Shown piece after piece: positions 10,028 through 20,869 of a stretch of 64,000 nucleotides of DNA. Made by a program: the position numbers and the translations under genes. The notes under the pieces were generated by a model. The model worked only from the letters and a program-made list of their open reading frames with translations, searched no databases and was not told the DNA's origin. Source of the DNA: Acidobacteriota bacterium (GTDB taxonomy: Bacteria; Acidobacteriota; UBA890; WLXD01); the NCBI GenBank assembly GCA_965248695.1, contig CBDFKD010000002.1, forward strand, positions 4,576,001-4,640,000, written 5' to 3'. Every line of letters begins with the position of its first letter. Position 1 is the first letter of the stretch.

Positions 10028-11404
10028 CTACTCCTGCACGCGTAGTGTCAGCGCCACGTCCTGGCGCCGATAGAGGCAAATCCCGTTGACGTCCTCGCAT
10101 ACGTAGTAGAGGGCGTATCCCGGCAGCTTCAGGTCGCCCTCCGGGGCGTTGTCCGGAACGCGAATCTCGAACTCGACCGTGCGCGGCTCCAGGCTCACGG
10201 TCTGCGGTGGGTTGGCGACCGTGAGGACGCGGTGATCGACCTGCCACTCGTCGGGCGGCTCGATCCAGAAAACGAGATCATCGACCTCGTTGTTCCAGTG
10301 CGCCTTGATCGCATCGTTCGGCAGGAACGTCACGTGAGCGCGGGTGCTGGCGCCCGGTGCGACGGTGCCCGGCACCAGAGTGCTCTCGGCGACCACGTAG
10401 GTGCCGTCGTCGCGCAAGATACGCTCGTCGATCACCGGCGGGACGGTGGTGTCGGCGACAAAGGCGGGCGTTGGCCGGGCGAACTCTGCGCCGCCAGGCT
10501 CCACGACGAGCTCCGCTGGCGTTTCGCCACGGGCAGTGATCTCGGCGCGCGCCGTCGGGACCCAGTCGTAGAAGGGGTACGGCTTGTCCAGCCGCGGTCC
10601 GTACTGCTGAATGCGCCGTCGCCAGATGTAGTTGTTGGGGTCGACCGTCAGCGCCGCTTCCCAGTAGTGCACGGCGCGCTGGAAGTCGCCTGGCCGGGCG
10701 GACGGGGAGTCGTAGCGGCGCCGGACTGCCACGCCGGCGCGGAACAGGCCGTAGCCGTGCCCCGGATTCGCGCCGGCGGCATCGGCGAATGCATCGACGA
10801 TGGTGTCGATCTCGTCGTTGCCGCCCCAGCGGTACAGATCGTGAGCCCGCTGCCGAGCCGCATCCACCGCCACCGGCTGGCTCAGCGCGGGAGCTCTGGG
10901 TGCCTCGAACGCCACGTCGACGAAGGTGCGGCGCAGCTCATCCGGGTTGTCCAGCGGCGGGTGTATCTGCCGGACGATGCCGTGCTCGTCGATGGCCAAG
11001 GTCAACGGCACGACGTCTATCTCCAGCAGGTCGAGAGAATCCACCAGCACCGGCCAGTCCATCCGCTTCCATTGCATGAACAGGCGCGCTCGATCCGGGT
11101 GCTGCTCCTGCACGATGCCGAGCATCTGGACGTCGCCGGCGGCTCGCCAGGTTGCGGTCGCTTCGTGCCACCCGGGCACGTGCACGCGGCAGCCTGCTCA
11201 CCACGAGGCGAACACGTGCAAGATCAGCTTGTGGCCGCGAAAATCAGCGACGCTGCGACGAGTGCCCTCCAGGTCGGGGAGCGAGATGGTCGGGAACGGG
11301 CGGCCGATCTCCGGCGCGGGCGCGCTCTGCGGCACAGGCCCGGGGGCTGGAATCACCGCCATCAGCATCACCAGAGCTCCGAGGCTCGCCGCTCGTGTGG
11401 TCAT
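10028..11404 (-). CDS. Putative selenoprotein: exported TlpA/ResA-like redoxin (UxxC) fused to a TPR-like helical region and a DsbD-N-like C-terminal domain
   Basis: ORFs 11198-11575 and 10028-11185 are in the same frame, separated by TGA at 11198-11200 and four sense codons, reading HVFASW-U-AGC-RVHVPGW. Redoxin context 'FPTISLPDLEG..RSVADFRG', 'VPLTLAIDEHGIVR'. ATG 11404 starts a signal peptide. Confidence 0.8.
11146..11197 (-). promoter_or_regulatory. Candidate bacterial SECIS element
   Basis: Apical hairpin CGTGCC-CGGGT-GGCACG (11180-11164) begins 17 nt after the UGA; extra pairing CAGG/CCTG, TGC/GCA and CGC/GCG could form a lower stem. Confidence 0.6.
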
Positions 11405-11610
11405 GTTCTGTCTCCGGATCTCGCCAACGTGCGCACTCGCCCCGCCAGGGAAGCTCACGTTCGTCTGCCGGCGCAGTCTATCCTGGTGAGGCCGTAGTTC
11501 ACCAAGAGCCCGACGACGCAATCGACTCCCTCGCTGCGCCTTGATCTCACCGGGAGTCCGATCCGCAGCATGCAACGATCATCTCTTGCAGTCCGCTAGC
11601 CTCCTCACCG

Positions 11611-12976
11611 GTGCGTGTGACAATGAGCTTTGGATGGTCTGGAGGAGTTTGGCGGCGGTGGAGCCTGGCTGCTGCTCTGGTGACGGTGTGGGTTACGGCG
11701 CTGCCTGGGGCGGCTGCGCAGCTGTCGGTCGATGTCGCGACGGAGATCTGGCGAGGCGATGTGGATCAACGGCTGGCGACTGCCGATCGTCTGGCCGCGT
11801 CGGGGTCCTTCGACGAGCTCTACGCGGCACTCGAAGCCGGTCCGCGCTACGACGGCACCTCGCCTACAGGACGGCTGCTGCACCGGCACGAGATCGGCGG
11901 TGTGGGGCATTCGTACCTGGTCCAGGTGCCCGGCGACTATGATCCGGTGCGGCGCTACCCGGTGCGGGTGTATCTGCACGGTGGGGTCGCTCGCGGCGAA
12001 GTTCCCGACAACGGCGGCTGGTGGCGCGATCCGAATCGTCTGGCGAGCTCCGACCACATCGCCGTGTTCCCGGCGTCGTGGGGTGCCTCCAAGTGGTGGC
12101 AGGAGAGCCAGCTGCTCAACCTGACGGCGATCCTCGCCAGCTTGAAGATGACCTACAACGTCGATGAGAACCGAGTGCACGTTGTCGGGGTTTCGGACGG
12201 CGGTACCGGGGCGTGGTACATGGCGTTCCGCGACCCCACGCCGTGGGCCAGTTTCGTGCCGATGATCGGCCACCCGGCGGTGCTCGCCAGCCCGCGGGTC
12301 GACGTCGAGGGACAGATGCACGTGGTCAACCTCCGCAGTCGCCCGTTCCTGGTGTTCAACGGTGAGGTCGATCGGTTGTATCCGGCGCGCAGCGTCCGGC
12401 CGTACATCGAGCTATTCCGCGACGCCGGCGTGCAGGTGGAGTTCATCGAGATCGCGGGCGAGGGGCACACGGTGCGATGGTGGCCCGAGCGCGCCGACCG
12501 CATCGACGGATTCCTCACGTCGACGCGGCGCGATCCGCTACCCAGCCGCCTCAGCTGGGAGACCGAGGACGTCACGCGCTTCAATCGCTCCCACTGGATG
12601 GTGATCGATGCACTGGGGCCGGCTGACGGCGACGCCGCCTTGCCGGACATCGAGCGCCGTCTGGCGGATGCTTCCAATCTGCTGGTCGGATTTCCGCGGG
12701 CGGCGTCGAGCGGCCCGTGCCGAAGCGACGGTCGACGGGAACGATATACAGATCCGCTCGCGCGGAGTGCGTCGTATGCGATTGTTGTTGTCGCCGCGTC
12801 AGTTCGACCTGTCCCGCGCCGTACGCGTACGGGTCAACGGCATCGAGCGCCACGCCGGCGTGGTTGAGCGGAGCAAACAGACGTTGTTGCGCTGGGCGGC
12901 GCGAGACCTCGATCGGTCGATGCTCTTCGGCGCCGAGCTGGAAATCAGAATCCCGCCGGCGCGCGGGTCTCTGTAG
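11611..12976 (+). CDS. Secreted alpha/beta-hydrolase (esterase/peptidase-like), split by a +1 frameshift near 12715
   Basis: 'VYLHGG', nucleophile 'GVSDGG', 'GEVD', 'GEGH'. The C-terminus (RAEATVDGNDI...FGAELEI) continues in ORF 12608-12976 after an extra C in CGGCCCG. Confidence 0.7.
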
Positions 12977-13088
12977 CGGGAGCGGAGCCGGGGTGGCCGT
13001 TGCTGCTTCCTCGCGATCTGGCTAAAGTTCACCCGACACGCCGACCATTGTCCAGCGTGAGTTCCGGTCCTGATCTGGTAGGTGAGAC

Positions 13089-14561
13089 ATGAACAACCGA
13101 GCGGTGCACAACACTGGTTTCGTCAGCCCGGTCGCACTGGCGGCGATCATCACGCTCGCCGTATCACCGGCGTCCGCACAGTGGGCTCAAGCGCCGCCAC
13201 GGGAGGTCGTGATCACCGGCGGCTGGTTGTTTGACGGCATTCGCGACACGCGTGTCCGTAACACCGGCATCGTTATCCGCGACGGCAAGTTTATCGAGGT
13301 CGGGGCCGACCTGCGGGGTCGCTACTTTCCTGCGGCTCAGATGGTCGAGCTCGACGACGGCGCCACGATCTTGCCGGGCATGATCGATCTTCACGCGCAC
13401 CACAACATGAACATGGTCGGGGTAGGGCGGGCCGAGGAGGTCACGTACAACTCGATGATCTTCCTGGCTAACGGAGTTACCGCCACCTGGTCGGCGGGAG
13501 AGTTCTTCCCCGAGCGTGTTATCGAGGCGCGCGATCGCATCGATCGCGGCGAGGCGATCGGGGCGCGGGTGTTCGCCTCCGGCCCCTACTTCGGCGCTTT
13601 CCGATGTGAGTACCAGATCCAGACCGCTGAGGACGACTGTATCGGGTGGCCGAACGACATCACCGAGACCGAGATTCGTGCCGAGGTCGACTACTGGGCG
13701 CAGCAGGGAGTCACCAGCATCAAGATCAAGCAGTCGACGCCGGAGGAGATGCGCATTCTCATCGACCAGGCGCATCGGCGGGGCATGACCACGACGAGTC
13801 ACCTCGGCAACTACGCCGGTAGCTATGACGTCGAGCCCGCGGATGCCATCGCTATGGGGCTCGATCGCGTCGAGCACTGGATCACGCGAGGTAGCGAGCC
13901 GGAGCCCGGCGAGCTCGAACGCCTGATCGGGCTGTTCTTGGAGGAACAGGTTTACTTCGATGCCAACCTGCAGATGTTCGGTGGCAACATGGCCAACCAC
14001 CCGCAGCTCGATATGGTGTGGGTGGACGAGTACAAGTACTTCACCCCGTACGCTCAGGCGCGTATCCGAGAGCGCCTGGCTGCCGGGGCGGAGCCGGCGG
14101 ATGTGTATGTGGAATCGGCGAGCTTCCGCCGCCGTATGGCGGAGGTCGGGGCGCTGTTCGAGTCCGGCGGCGGCGACCTGCTCATCGTCGGCACCGACGA
14201 GCCTACGTCGGGGCCCTGGCTTCCAGGCTTCGCCTACCAGCGCGAGCTGATGGTCATGGCGCACGCCGGATTGCCGGCAGCCGCGGTGCTCAAGGCAGCA
14301 ACGATCAACGGTGCTCGTGCGCTCGGGGTCGTCGACCGTCTGGGTTCGATTGAGCCCGGGAAGTTGGCGGACCTGTATATCACCGAGGGCAATCCGCTGG
14401 AGGACATGTCCGCCGCCCGCAACGTCCGCCTGGTGATCAAGGCCGGGGTGGTCTACGACCCGGAGGCCTTGCTGAAGGCGGCCGAAGGCAAGATCGGACC
14501 TGCCGGGCCGGACGATCACGATGCCTGGGAATTGAAGGTCAAGCCCCTCGTCAGGCAGTAG
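13089..14561 (+). CDS. Secreted amidohydrolase family protein
   Basis: Signal peptide; 'LPGMIDLHAH', 'NGVT', 'VEH', 'GTD', 'GSIEPGKLADL'. Confidence 0.9.
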   Translation: MNNRAVHNTGFVSPVALAAIITLAVSPASAQWAQAPPREVVITGGWLFDGIRDTRVRNTGIVIRDGKFIEVGADLRGRYFPAAQMVELDDGATILPGMIDLHAHHNMNMVGVGRAEEVTYNSMIFLANGVTATWSAGEFFPERVIEARDRIDRGEAIGARVFASGPYFGAFRCEYQIQTAEDDCIGWPNDITETEIRAEVDYWAQQGVTSIKIKQSTPEEMRILIDQAHRRGMTTTSHLGNYAGSYDVEPADAIAMGLDRVEHWITRGSEPEPGELERLIGLFLEEQVYFDANLQMFGGNMANHPQLDMVWVDEYKYFTPYAQARIRERLAAGAEPADVYVESASFRRRMAEVGALFESGGGDLLIVGTDEPTSGPWLPGFAYQRELMVMAHAGLPAAAVLKAATINGARALGVVDRLGSIEPGKLADLYITEGNPLEDMSAARNVRLVIKAGVVYDPEALLKAAEGKIGPAGPDDHDAWELKVKPLVRQ

Positions 14562-14636
14562 GAGCGCCGATGGGCGGCCGTCGTATTGGGTAGCCGGGCT
14601 AACCGGTCCGGGTCCGATGACTACCGGTGGCGCAGC

Positions 14637-15617
14637 TCAGTCGGGCATCTTCACGGCACGGGCGCCGTTTTGCGCCGCCCGGACGCACAGGTACTCGAGT
14701 GCAATGGCTGCCCCGGCGAGCGAGGTGATCTGCGCGTGATCGTACGGCGGTGCAACCTCGACCAAGTCCATGCCGGCGTAGTCGATCTGGGTCAGCTCTC
14801 TGAGGATCGATGACGCCTGGTGGGTCGTCAGACCGCCGGGGACGGGAGTACCCGTGCCAGGAGCGTATGCTGGGTCGAGGCAGTCGATGTCGAACGTCAG
14901 GTACGCCTTGTGATCGCCGACGGTTCGCTGGATCTGCGCTGCGATCTCGGCGGGCGTCGAGCGGTGCACCTCGTCAGCGTAGATGATCCGCATGCCGAAC
15001 GAGCGTTCCCCGGTGTAGTAGGTGCGGATGCCGATCTGCACCGATCGTGCAGGATCGATTACGCCTTCCTCGATGGCGAGTCCGAACATCGTGCCGTGGT
15101 CGATGCGATCGCCGACATTGGGCTCGACGTCGCGATGGGCGTCGAACTGGATGAGCGAGAGGGGCCCATGTACCGCCGCGTAGGCACGCAGCATCGGATA
15201 GGTAACGTAATGATCCCCACCAATCGCCATCGATGAGGCGCCGCCGGCGATGATCCCCGCAATGTGCTGCTCGATCACCTGTGGAGCACTGGCGATGTTC
15301 CCGTAATCGAGCTCGCAATCTCCGTAGTCGACCACCGCCAGCGTGTCGAACGGATCGAACATCCACGGCCACTGGGGTCCCCAGGCGAAGTTCGCTGACG
15401 CCTGCCGCACGCCCTGTGGCCCCAGCCGGGTTCCGGGACGATTGCTCGTCGCCTGGTCGAAGGGAATCCCGGTAACCGCGATATGGGCGGCCGTCAGGTC
15501 GCGCGTGTACTTGCGACGCATGAACGAGAGTGCGCCCGCGTAGGTGGATTCGATGACACTTCCTGTCAGGCCCTCACGTTGGAAGGCGCTATCACCGCTG
15601 ACCTCACTTTCAGACAT
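14637..15617 (-). CDS. speB: Agmatinase (ureohydrolase family)
   Basis: 'GIPFD..TSNRPGTRLGP', 'GGDH', 'FDAHRD', 'DHGT', 'FDIDCLDPAYAPGTGTP'; likely start ATG 15617. Confidence 0.85.
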   Translation of the reverse strand: MSESEVSGDSAFQREGLTGSVIESTYAGALSFMRRKYTRDLTAAHIAVTGIPFDQATSNRPGTRLGPQGVRQASANFAWGPQWPWMFDPFDTLAVVDYGDCELDYGNIASAPQVIEQHIAGIIAGGASSMAIGGDHYVTYPMLRAYAAVHGPLSLIQFDAHRDVEPNVGDRIDHGTMFGLAIEEGVIDPARSVQIGIRTYYTGERSFGMRIIYADEVHRSTPAEIAAQIQRTVGDHKAYLTFDIDCLDPAYAPGTGTPVPGGLTTHQASSILRELTQIDYAGMDLVEVAPPYDHAQITSLAGAAIALEYLCVRAAQNGARAVKMPD

Positions 15618-15651
15618 TCCGATTCCCGTTCCAAGGCCACGAGTAGTTATC

Positions 15652-15664
15652 AATAAACTTTATT
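15652..15664. promoter_or_regulatory. AT-rich palindrome in the divergent promoter region
   Basis: AATAAA-C-TTTATT within an AT-rich island between divergent speB and kinase starts. Confidence 0.35.
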
Positions 15665-15746
15665 ATCTATGGGTACGTAAGCCTAGCTGTTGATGACTAT
15701 CATGCCTTGAAGCGGTGGATTCCCACCGCGTCAGAGGCCAAACACG

Positions 15747-18423
15747 ATGTCACTTCGCGCCAAGGCATTGCTGACCCTCGCGCTCGTCGCGCTCGTCTCG
15801 CTGACGGCAAGCTACTTCATTCTCATGGCCGTCGTCCTGCCGGTGTTCAGCAGTCTGGAGGATCTCGCTGCCGAGGCCAACCTGGAGCGCGTGCAGCGCG
15901 CTCTCGAGGCGCAATTCGGCGAGGTCGCCGCAGCGAACCAAGAATGGTCTGTTTGGGATGCCACCGTGGAGTTCGTGCAAACTCGGAACGCTTCGTACGT
16001 CGAAAGCTCCCTCGGGGAAGCTCCGGGACAATACACCGGGATCGATCTGTTCCTGTTCTTCGACGCCCAGGGGTCGCTGGTCTTCGGCAGCCTCTATGAC
16101 TATGCGGCAGATCAGCAGTTGCCGCTGGGCGACTTCCGCATGAGCGCCATCGTACCCGAGCTTCTGGATCTTCCGACGCCCGACAGTCGCGCTCGGGGGT
16201 GGGTCGTGACGGGCCGCGGTCCGATGATGCTGAGCTCAGCACCGATCGTGGGCACGAACAACGTCGGGCCAGTTGCGGGAGTGCTGATTGTGGGGCGCTG
16301 GCTAACTCCGGCCCGCGTCGACACGGTGCGGCAACAGAGCCAAGTAGACGTCCAGATCTACCAGGCAGAGACGTCAGCGCTCCCGGAAGCCTTACAGTCG
16401 GTGCTCGGCAGCCTATCCAGCTCGACCGAGTCGATCCAGGTCGCCGCGAACGACAATAGCCTCACCACCTATCAACTGCTGAGGGACGTCGGCGGAGCGC
16501 CGGCGGTTCTTGTCGAGGTGCGGACCTTTCGGGAGATGAGCTACGCCGGTGCGCAGACTGTGCGCCTCGCGCTGGCGTTTCTAGCAGTTGCCGGGCTGGT
16601 GAGCCTCGCCGTGACCTGGCAGCTCCTGAAGCAGATCGTCGTGAAGCCCCTGACCGCGCTCACGACCGCGGCTGCGGACGTCTCCGAGCATCAAGACTAT
16701 GCGGTGCGAGTGCGCCGGCACAGCCAGGACGAGATCGGGCAGCTGGCCGACGCTTTCAACCAGATGCTCGGACAGATCCAGGAGCGTGACCAGCTGGTTC
16801 GCGAGGGCCGGACCCGAGCGGAAGACGCCAGCAGAGCCAAGTCCGCCTTCCTCGCGACGATGAGCCACGAGATCCGTACGCCGATGAACGGTGTCGTTGG
16901 CATGCTCGACTTGCTGCTCCGTTCTCCGTTGACCAGTACACAGGAGGACTACGCGCGCACTGCTGTTCGGTCAGCCGATAACTTGATGGAGATCATCAAC
17001 GACGTGCTGGATTTCTCCAAGATCGGGGCCGGCAAGCTCATTCTCGAAGAGCGCGTCTTCCAAACCCGTCGCTTGGTGGAGGACGCGGTGGGAATGTTCG
17101 CCGAGTCGGCCGAGAAGAAAAGCCTGGAGTTGACCTGGTTCGTCGATGCCGATGTACCGCACGCGTGTGTTGGTGACGAGACCCGGTTGCGTCAGATTCT
17201 GGTCAACTTCCTCGGAAACGCGCTCAAGTTCACCGAACAGGGAGAGGTAGTCGCCACGGTCGCCGTGGATGCCGAAACTGGCCGGGTCAGGTTCGCGGTC
17301 AAGGACACAGGCAGCGGAGTCGATGCCGAAGCGGAGACGACGATCTTCGCTCCGTTCGTGCAGGCCGATAGCACGGTGACGCGGACACATGGGGGAACCG
17401 GCCTGGGTCTGGCGATTTGCAAGCAGCTTGTCGACGGCATGGGCGGCGAGATCGGTCTCGACAGTTCGGTTGGTGAAGGGTCTACGTTCTGGTTCGCGGT
17501 GCCTTTGCCGGATGCCCCGGTAGACGCCACGACATTCGACCAGCCAGACGTGCGAGACCTGCAGGGCCTGCGGGTGTTGGTCGTTGACGACAACGCGACC
17601 AACCGAGAGATTCTCGTGCGTCAGACCGAGAGCTGGGGCATGAGCGTCGGCGCGGCGGAGGATGGGCCATCAGCCCTGAGGTTGCTGACGAGCTCCGCCG
17701 CGGATCGGTGCCCGTACGACGTGGCAGTCCTCGACATGCATATGCCCGGCATGAGCGGCTTGGAGCTTGCCGAGCGCGTCAAAGCCTCGCCCGCGATCCG
17801 CGATCTGAACATGCTCATGTTGACGTCACTGGCATCTGATCTCGATCCGCGCGAGATGGACCGGCTCGGCATCGTGAGATCGCTGACGAAGCCCGCCGGG
17901 CACGGGCGCCTTCGGGGAGCCCTCATCGAGGCCGTTCAGGACAATCCGCCGCAGGCGGCCGCTTCCTCGAACCGGTCGCCGGGCGACGGACCCGCCGCGG
18001 GGTCGTTCGGCCTGCACGTGCTGGTGGTCGATGACAGCGCCGTCAACGTCAAGCTGACGTCGCTCATTCTGAAGGCGCTGGGCTGTCAGGTCGGCGTTGC
18101 TACGAACGGTGCCGAGGCTCTGGATCAGCTTGAGCGAGCGACCTACGACGTCGTTCTGATGGATTGCCAGATGCCGATCATGGACGGATACACGGCAACT
18201 CGGGCGATTAGGCGACGTGAGGCCGAAGCCGGAGGCGATCGGATACCGATCCTGGGCTTTACGGCAAACGCGTTTCAAAGCGATCGTGACGCCTGCTTCG
18301 CGGCCCGGGATGGACGACTACATCACCAAGCCGGTCAAGATCGACCGGCTTCGCGAGGCACTGTCGCATTGGTGTTCCGGCGGTGCCCAGGCCAGCAAGC
18401 GAGAGTCCGGCGCCGCCGCCTAG
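15747..18423 (+). CDS. Hybrid sensor histidine kinase (CHASE4-like, HAMP, HisKA, HATPase, 2x REC), +1 frameshift near 18305
   Basis: 'WSVWDAT', 'DEIGQLADAFNQM', 'FLATMSHEIRTPMNG', 'NALKFT', 'GGTGLGL', two receiver domains. The end 'GMDDYITKPV' lies in ORF 18217-18423. Confidence 0.9.
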
Positions 18424-18450
18424 ATCGGTGGCGCTGCGGTGCGGGTTCCC

Positions 18451-18996
18451 CTACTTGAGCTGCACAAGCTGCTCGGGGTCTATCCGGATTACGAGGTAGG
18501 TGATGTCCTCTTGCAGCTCGCTGAACCCGTGCGCCACCCCGGCAGGGATGATGACGATGTCGCCGGCGGAGATTTGCCGACTCTCGCCGCCCCGGATGGC
18601 GCTGCCGAATGAACTCGGGCCGGTGAGTTGTTTGACGACGTTGCCGTCGGGGGGCAGCTGCCGGCGGTCGACCAGCTCCCCTCCGGTGACCAGGGTTCCG
18701 GAGCCGGATACCACCCGGTAGACCTCGGTTTGCTTGTCGTGCTCGATGGCACCGCCGGGAGCCGACGCCGGTCGTAGGACCACTCCCACGCCGACGTTGT
18801 AGCCGCCAGCGTCTACCATGCGGAACTGCACATCGCTCACTCGACCGTTGGGCGCCGCCTCGATGACGGCGCCGATGTCGGCATCGGCTATGAGGGTTGC
18901 GACCGCGGCCACGTCTGCCTGCGCCGGCGCGCCCTCGGTGGCAACCGCGAGGTGCAGGGCCAGCATGGTGATCAGGGTGGCGAACGCCGTGCTCAT
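18451..18996 (-). CDS. Secreted cupin domain protein
   Basis: 'EH.KQTEVY.VVSG.GTL', 'GDIVIIPAGVAH'; signal peptide. Confidence 0.8.
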   Translation of the reverse strand: MSTAFATLITMLALHLAVATEGAPAQADVAAVATLIADADIGAVIEAAPNGRVSDVQFRMVDAGGYNVGVGVVLRPASAPGGAIEHDKQTEVYRVVSGSGTLVTGGELVDRRQLPPDGNVVKQLTGPSSFGSAIRGGESRQISAGDIVIIPAGVAHGFSELQEDITYLVIRIDPEQLVQLK

Positions 18997-19048
18997 GGGA
19001 GCCTCCTTGGCGGGAGATCTTTCAAGAAACCGGGAGTACCGAAGACAG

Positions 19049-20542
19049 CTACTCGAAGACCCAGGGCCCCAGCGGCACGTCGTCCTTGCAGCTGTCGTCG
19101 ACCTTTGCGGACGGATCTTCCAGAAAGCTCTTGATCATCTGTGTGCGGCAGCGGCCCGGGATTCCATGTCCCAGGGCCGAGAACTCCACTAGCTGCAGAT
19201 TGGGCATCGTCTGCGCCACATAGTGCCCCCATCGAATGCCGCAGCAGGAGTCGACCTGCCCGTGCAGCGAAAGGCCGGGGACATCGGAGTCGAAGCGATT
19301 GTTGTGCTCCGGGGGGACCGCTCCGTCGACACCCCACCAGGCGCAGATCTTGAGATCCTCGTAGCCGAGCAGGGCCGGCTCGCGCTCGAGCATGGCGAGG
19401 ACGTCGTCCTTGGTCGGACGGTTGGTGCCCATGTCTCCACAGATGTGGGCCAAGTAGTAGCCGTAGGGGAGCACCCCCGAGGTCTCGTCGGCCGAGACCT
19501 CGACCCATTGATCGGTAGCGAAGAAATCGTCCAGCGCCGAGTAGTCGTGGCGTCGGATCCTCGCCAGCACGTTCGGCAGCTTCATGTAGACGTTCTCGAA
19601 GTCGCGGTAGATCTTGCCCATCAGCGCGACGCCGTCGAACGACAGGGTTCGTTGTTCCCCGGCCGCGGTTTCGACGATGCTCAGGAACGGTCGCTCGTCG
19701 AGCGCGCGGCGGGCGCGATCGATCTCGTAGTACCAGGCGGGCAGCAGCTCGCGGCAGTGCGGATCGGAGGCCACACACTCGCCTAGAATATCGGTGGTCT
19801 TCTGCTTGACGGTGTAGAACTCGTCGATCGCGGCGCGGTTGCGGTACTCACCGAACCACGGCGCTCCCAAAATCATCGATCGCACGTTGTCCTGGTAGTA
19901 GCGCAGGTACGAGATCGCCCCGCCGCCGCCGGTTGACCATCCCAGGATGTTGATCTTGTCGTAGCCCAGCAGAGCGCGGATCTCGTCGACATCGCGTGCG
20001 ACGTCGTACTCGTTGTACTTCGAGACGTCGATGCCCTCTCCAACGAGCTTGTCGTAGCAACGCTCGACGGACTCGGCATGGATGCGCAGACGCTCACCGG
20101 TATCTATCGATGAGACGATCGCTGGCGACAGCTGGTTGAACCAGGGTGCTAGTTGACTCCCCGGACACTCGAGGTGTGGCTTGGCGTGGGCGAACCCGCG
20201 GTGATCGATGAGCACGAGCGACCGGTCGCCGGTGACCTCGTGGAGCCAGTCGAAGCTCCGAAGGGGCGATCCGCCGGGCCCGCCAGGAAAATAGAACAAC
20301 GGGTCGGAATCGCCACTTCCCGTCAGCGGCGGGATCACGCCCAAGGGCAGCTCGACGATCGTCCCGTTGGGACGGTCGCGGTCTTCCTGCCCGAAGAAGC
20401 GGTAGCAATCGGCGTTGGCGGATACCAGAGCCTCGGTGACGCACTCGGCGGCTTCGATCCGCGGGATCGTGGCCTCCTGCGCATCCAAGGGTCCGCAGAA
20501 CAGCATCATCAGGGCGCCGGCGAGTGTACGCGCGGCGGGCAT
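19049..20542 (-). CDS. Secreted alpha/beta hydrolase (TAP-like peptidase/esterase)
   Basis: 'FPGGPGGS', 'DHRG', nucleophile 'GWSTGG', C-terminal 'GQVD' and 'GHG'; start uncertain (ORF is open to 20659). Confidence 0.8.
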   Translation of the reverse strand: MPAARTLAGALMMLFCGPLDAQEATIPRIEAAECVTEALVSANADCYRFFGQEDRDRPNGTIVELPLGVIPPLTGSGDSDPLFYFPGGPGGSPLRSFDWLHEVTGDRSLVLIDHRGFAHAKPHLECPGSQLAPWFNQLSPAIVSSIDTGERLRIHAESVERCYDKLVGEGIDVSKYNEYDVARDVDEIRALLGYDKINILGWSTGGGGAISYLRYYQDNVRSMILGAPWFGEYRNRAAIDEFYTVKQKTTDILGECVASDPHCRELLPAWYYEIDRARRALDERPFLSIVETAAGEQRTLSFDGVALMGKIYRDFENVYMKLPNVLARIRRHDYSALDDFFATDQWVEVSADETSGVLPYGYYLAHICGDMGTNRPTKDDVLAMLEREPALLGYEDLKICAWWGVDGAVPPEHNNRFDSDVPGLSLHGQVDSCCGIRWGHYVAQTMPNLQLVEFSALGHGIPGRCRTQMIKSFLEDPSAKVDDSCKDDVPLGPWVFE

Positions 20543-20869
20543 CGCCGACGCTGCTCGGTAATGGCTCAATGGCGATCTCCTGGTCAATGGGCGTAGACAT
20601 GCGACAGTAGGATGGAGGCCCACCGCAAGGGACGCAACGGTATGGTCGGAATCAGGCATCTTGGATACGCCGTCCCGTTCGTGCTCAGCTCGGGGTCGGG
20701 GTCTGGTTTGATAGTCTGTAGAGCAACTTGGCTATCCTCCCCATGGCCAAAACATCACGGTGCCGGCTACGACCTCGCATCGGCGTGAGCCCCGCAGTTG
20801 AATCCTCACTCGGCCGGCAGTTAGCTTCTTGGTGAAGTCTGGGATGAACCTGCGCGCAGGAGAGTTTCG

